Below the pieces are notes generated by a model. The model was given only the letters and a program-made list of their open reading frames with translations, was not told the DNA's origin and made no database searches. From assembly GCA_029856365.1 (NCBI GenBank), contig JAHQWW010000130.1, positions 1 to 10,257 on the forward strand: DNA of 10,257 bases, read 5' to 3'. Below, one piece after another: positions 6,878-10,257 of this stretch. The DNA comes from Candidatus Hodarchaeota archaeon (GTDB lineage Archaea > Asgardarchaeota > Heimdallarchaeia > Hodarchaeales > Hodarchaeaceae). Every line of letters starts with the position of its first letter. Positions within the stretch are counted from its first letter, which is position 1. The translations under genes were made by a program, and so were the position numbers.

Positions 6878-8509
6878 CTAGGTAGGTTTATGTCTTAAGA
6901 TTCTCCCAGGAAGTATTTTTGTTTGTTGTTCATTCTCTACAATGATCTCACCGTTATTTATGACATGTTTTATCCCAGCTGGAAACTGGTGGGGATTTTC
7001 ATACGTTGCACGATCAATTACTCTTTTATGATCAAATATCACTATATCTGCCATCATGTTTTCACGTATAATACCCCTATCATGGAGGCCAAGTTTTTGT
7101 GCTGGAAAACTTGTCATTTTTCGTATTGCGTCCTCAAGTTTTAACAATCCCTCTTCACGGACATATTTTCCTAGTATTCGTGGATAAGTTCCGTAAAATC
7201 GTGGATGTGGTTTTCCAAAGCCGAGAATTCCTGTAGGAGCGACCCCCCAACCATCTGTTCCAATCATTGTGTATTTATTGGTCATGATTCGGCGAATGTC
7301 TTCTTCATTCATTCCTTCAACTAGAATTGAGACTTCTCCCTTTTCCTCCAATAAGAGATCAAATAATGTTGTGAATACATCTTTTTTTCTTTTGAATTTA
7401 GTGATTTCAGCTAGGTTTTTTCCTTCTATGTTTTTCCATGCTTGAGTTTTAACTGAAGAAATGTAGATTCGATCTGAACCTAAGTCTTTTATCCAATTTT
7501 CCCATCCTTCAATACCTTCAGTAATATCGTGTTTAATACGTTTTTTAGCTTCAGGATCTTGTAACCTTTCCAGAATCTTTTCAATCCCTCCAATATGAAC
7601 CCATGGAGGAAGCACTGTAATAAGAGAAGTCATCCCCCGATTATAAGGATACTGATCACATGTTATGTTTAATCCCCTTCTATTTGCTTCTTCCATGAGA
7701 TGTAAGGTTTCCTTACTTTTACCCCAGTTTAAGCGTCCCGAAACTTTGTGATGCGCTACTTGTCCACCAATACAACCTGATTTTTCAACAATCTCTATTA
7801 ATTCCTTTACTGCTTGAACTACAGTTACTCCTTCTCCCCTTATATGGGAAAAATAAAGCCCGCCGTATTTTGATACTACTTTAGCTAATTCAATAATTTC
7901 TTCGGTTTTTGCATATATCTGGGGTGTGTAAATAAGTCCTGTACTCATACCAAAGGCACCTGATTGCATAGCTTCATCTACAAGCAGTTTCATCCGCTCT
8001 AGCTCTTCAGGACTTGGGGGACGATTTTCAAAACCTGGCCCACCAGCGATTCGTACAGTTCCAAATCCAACAATAGGAACAATATTCGTGGAACATCCTT
8101 CCTTTTCTATAACTGAAAGGTACTCGTCAAAAGTTTCCCATGTAATTTTCATTGTCTCCCCTGGGGGAGAAAAAATATTAGCCATTTTTTCAAATAATTC
8201 TAATTTCTCTTTATTAATTGGTGCAAGTGAATCCCCACAATTCCCAATCACTGCTGTTGTAATTCCTTGCCGGATTGTGGACTCAAGGTGAGGATCAAAC
8301 GGAATAGCAAAGTCTGAGTGGCTATGAGGGTCAATAAACCCTGGTACGACAATAAAACCGTCAGCATTGATCTCTTTGTCAGAAATAATATTGCTTAATC
8401 GTCCAATCTTAGTAATTCTCCCATTTTTAATGCCTATATCAGCGTGGTACGAAGGATTTCCCGTTCCATCGATGATTGTGCCGCTTTTAATGGTTAAATC
8501 GTAATTCAT
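6878..8509 (-). CDS. N-acyl-D-amino-acid deacylase (D-aminoacylase, amidohydrolase superfamily)
   Basis: 543 aa. IIDGTG, PGFIDPHSHSD (HxH), GNCG (Cys ligand characteristic of D-aminoacylases), SHIRGE, AHHK, GTDG (catalytic Asp), HPRFYGTYPR, KMTSFPA and ADIVIFD. Confidence 0.93.
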   Translation of the reverse strand: MNYDLTIKSGTIIDGTGNPSYHADIGIKNGRITKIGRLSNIISDKEINADGFIVVPGFIDPHSHSDFAIPFDPHLESTIRQGITTAVIGNCGDSLAPINKEKLELFEKMANIFSPPGETMKITWETFDEYLSVIEKEGCSTNIVPIVGFGTVRIAGGPGFENRPPSPEELERMKLLVDEAMQSGAFGMSTGLIYTPQIYAKTEEIIELAKVVSKYGGLYFSHIRGEGVTVVQAVKELIEIVEKSGCIGGQVAHHKVSGRLNWGKSKETLHLMEEANRRGLNITCDQYPYNRGMTSLITVLPPWVHIGGIEKILERLQDPEAKKRIKHDITEGIEGWENWIKDLGSDRIYISSVKTQAWKNIEGKNLAEITKFKRKKDVFTTLFDLLLEEKGEVSILVEGMNEEDIRRIMTNKYTMIGTDGWGVAPTGILGFGKPHPRFYGTYPRILGKYVREEGLLKLEDAIRKMTSFPAQKLGLHDRGIIRENMMADIVIFDHKRVIDRATYENPHQFPAGIKHVINNGEIIVENEQQTKILPGRILRHKPT

Positions 8510-8689
8510 AAGGCTCTACCTTTATATTTTTATGGTTCTCATACATAATCCACAGGTCTTAAAAGTTATACATAAAACTAAACATGAAGTTCCCTTACAA
8601 TAAGAATAATTTCTCCTTTCATCATCTTAAAGTTGAATAAAAACTGTATTAAATTATCAATATTGTGAGGTATTAAAGGAGTTCTAGTT

Positions 8690-9013
8690 ATGGATAGAAT
8701 CCTTCAATAAATCACTAAAAGGATTATTGAAGAAGCTGATCCTGATAAAATAGTTCTCTTTGGATCTCGAGCAAGAAACCACTATAAAGATTCGAGTGAC
8801 TATGATATCTGCGTTATAAAATATGGTTTTTATCATAAACGTAAGCTAAGAAGAAGACTCTATTCTAAACTCTCTGGAGTAGGTGCAGCAGTGGATATAA
8901 TTCTGGAAACACCAGAGATGTTTGATGAATTTAAAACCAAGTCATTTCTAATATATACTGACATAGAAAAGCACGGAGAGGTAATCTATGAAAAACAAAA
9001 GACACGTGCTTGA
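8690..9013 (+). pseudogene. Minimal nucleotidyltransferase (MNT) antitoxin with a premature stop at codon 7
   Basis: Reads MDRILQ*ITKRIIEEADPDKIVLFGSRARNHYKDSSDYDICVIKYGFYHKRKLRRRLYSKLSGVGAAVDIILETPEMFDEFKTKSFLIYTDIEKHGEVIYEKQKTRA*. It has the Pol-beta-type GSRAR...SDYD motif, a third Asp in VDII and the typical I.xxG.VIYE end. AAGGAG RBS at 8676-8681, TAA at 8708-8710. Not in the ORF track. Confidence 0.88.
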
Positions 9014-9041
9014 ATGGTTAAAAAGATCAAAAAGCAACTGA
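8988..9041 (+). pseudogene. N-terminal stub of a HEPN-domain toxin
   Basis: MKNKRHVLEWLKRSKSN* overlaps the MNT 3' end by 26 nt and has a GGAGAGG RBS-like sequence upstream. EWLxRxxSN resembles the start of MNT-associated HEPN proteins. It is truncated after 17 codons, just before the 3' end of the convergent SDR gene. Confidence 0.7.
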
Positions 9042-9061
9042 TTTTCTCTCTTATTCTATAG

Positions 9062-9087
9062 GATATCTTGAATTTTCATAAGATATC
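9062..9087. terminator. Possible hairpin at the 3' end of the SDR gene
   Basis: GATATCTT (9062-9069) and AAGATATC (9080-9087) form an 8-bp inverted repeat spanning the SDR stop codon. It is AT-rich and weak. Confidence 0.2.
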
Positions 9088-10257
9088 TTCATAACATTTT
9101 TCATCATAAAAGTTGTTTTCATCTTTATCGTGGTTAGGATACCATACTTGAGCAAAAAAAGGATTTCTTTTTGCAATTTCATCATATTTCCAAGGAGGTG
9201 CTAAACATTCAGGACACCAATGACCAGCTTTAATAATGGTATAGGATTTTGCGTCGAATTCATGATTAAAGGCGCATTTCCATTTTAATGTGATATACAT
9301 ATCACCATCCCTTTCTGAAGAGAGACACTCTCCCCCTCTGAATTTTGCTGCCTTTCGTAAATCAGACAACTTAATATTTTCTTTAGATTCATTATAACCA
9401 TGATCAAGACGATGCAATTGAATCTTTTCGGAATCCATTTCAGGCATATCTATACCCCAATCAGGAATTGATTTGTACGTTTCGTAATCTTTGTAGAATG
9501 CTGAAATTCTCTTGTTATTTCTATTTTTGTACCAATAAACGGTACCGTTCTTTGATAGAGTAGCTAACTTTTCTAATCGCTTATAGGTTGCTTTTTCAAC
9601 GATATTTCTTATGAAGGTAACTCTTTTACACAGAACAGCAATAATTTTCAGGAAAAATGGCCTACTCTTGGAAAACCTATCATAAAAGTCTTCTAATGAG
9701 TGCCTCCAATTGTGGATGTATTCGTTGAGAATGTGGCTATCCTCAAAATATTGCATGTGAAAGTTGCGAAGAGCAAACCAATTTCTTTCTACAACCTTTT
9801 CTATCCTTAAACCATTTATTGCAAACATTTGCTTCATAAGTTCATAATAGGTTGTACGACATGTTGGTCCACCACCCATGTTGTAGACTCTACGCCAAAA
9901 ACCAGAGTCTTCAGATATTTCTAAACAATTTATTAATCCTCTACCTGCATCTTCTTTTGTGTTATTCTCCATGAAAGAGTCAATCGGTTGATGAAACATG
10001 ATTGGATCCTCCATATTATCTGTCGTCATAATAAAAGTCTGTCTTAAAGAAACCCAGTGTCTAATATTTGATTCTAATACTACTCTCTCCCCTCGAACCT
10101 TAGTAACGGCGTAGAAGTCAAAAATTGATGGTTTTAATGGATCTCCCACTCTGCCTCTATGGATGGTTTGCAGTCTATCACCCGTTTCAGCTACAGTGCC
10201 AATATAAACAAATTTAATATATTCAGCGCCATCTTGTTGTGATTCGATGGCTTTAAC
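9076..10257 (-). CDS. NAD(P)-dependent epimerase/dehydratase (extended SDR)-like protein with C-terminal zinc-ribbon domain, 5' end outside the window
   Basis: The frame stays open from the listed GTG at 10149 to the window edge (VKAIESQQDGAEYIKFVYIGTVAETGDRLQTIHRGRVGDP...). It has the SDR strand FVYIGT, catalytic YxxxK (YAVTK), LRQT, DAGRGL and VYNMGG. The C-terminal segment is RGGECLS...WKCAFNH...WCPEC. Confidence 0.85.
   Translation of the reverse strand, partial: VKAIESQQDGAEYIKFVYIGTVAETGDRLQTIHRGRVGDPLKPSIFDFYAVTKVRGERVVLESNIRHWVSLRQTFIMTTDNMEDPIMFHQPIDSFMENNTKEDAGRGLINCLEISEDSGFWRRVYNMGGGPTCRTTYYELMKQMFAINGLRIEKVVERNWFALRNFHMQYFEDSHILNEYIHNWRHSLEDFYDRFSKSRPFFLKIIAVLCKRVTFIRNIVEKATYKRLEKLATLSKNGTVYWYKNRNNKRISAFYKDYETYKSIPDWGIDMPEMDSEKIQLHRLDHGYNESKENIKLSDLRKAAKFRGGECLSSERDGDMYITLKWKCAFNHEFDAKSYTIIKAGHWCPECLAPPWKYDEIAKRNPFFAQVWYPNHDKDENNFYDEKCYEDIL

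Noticed and set aside
6923-7144. 73-aa plus-strand ORF
   Set aside because: Antisense shadow of the deacylase gene.
8088-8291. 67-aa plus-strand ORF
   Set aside because: Antisense shadow of the deacylase gene.
10147-10149. GTG start assigned to the SDR gene by the ORF track
   Set aside because: The frame stays open to the window edge and the Rossmann N-terminus is missing, so the true start lies beyond 10257.
1-10257. Stop-codon reassignment (in-frame TAA/TAG in the RelE, ICMT-like and MNT frames)
   Set aside because: Intact genes end with TAA (PAS, hydrolase, crotonase), TAG (GNAT, antiporter, aminotransferase, deacylase) and TGA (SDR) at plausible C-termini and contain no internal stops. 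The interrupted frames also show truncation, so decay explains them better.

Overview
AT-rich prokaryotic window; TATA-like TTTAAG elements, GGAG/GAGG ribosome-binding sites and an MNT-HEPN pair suggest an archaeon, but taxonomy is only inferred. It has eight apparently intact protein genes: a stand-alone PAS protein, a tandem-duplicated GNAT acetyltransferase, a CPA2 cation/H+ antiporter, an alpha/beta hydrolase, a tightly coupled three-gene minus-strand operon (N-acyl-D-amino-acid deacylase, HisC-like PLP aminotransferase, crotonase-family enzyme), and an SDR/epimerase-like gene with a C-terminal zinc ribbon that runs off the right edge. Manual translation of the 'intergenic' DNA shows decayed genes that the ORF track misses: a RelE-type toxin pseudogene (95-316, -), the C-terminal remnant of an ICMT/PEMT-like methyltransferase (511-630, -), and an MNT antitoxin with a premature stop followed by a 17-codon HEPN toxin stub (8690-9041, +). 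I saw no rRNA, tRNA, CRISPR array or transposase. I cannot demonstrate a wholly new system. The best candidates are the deacylase/aminotransferase/crotonase operon and the SDR-zinc-ribbon fusion.
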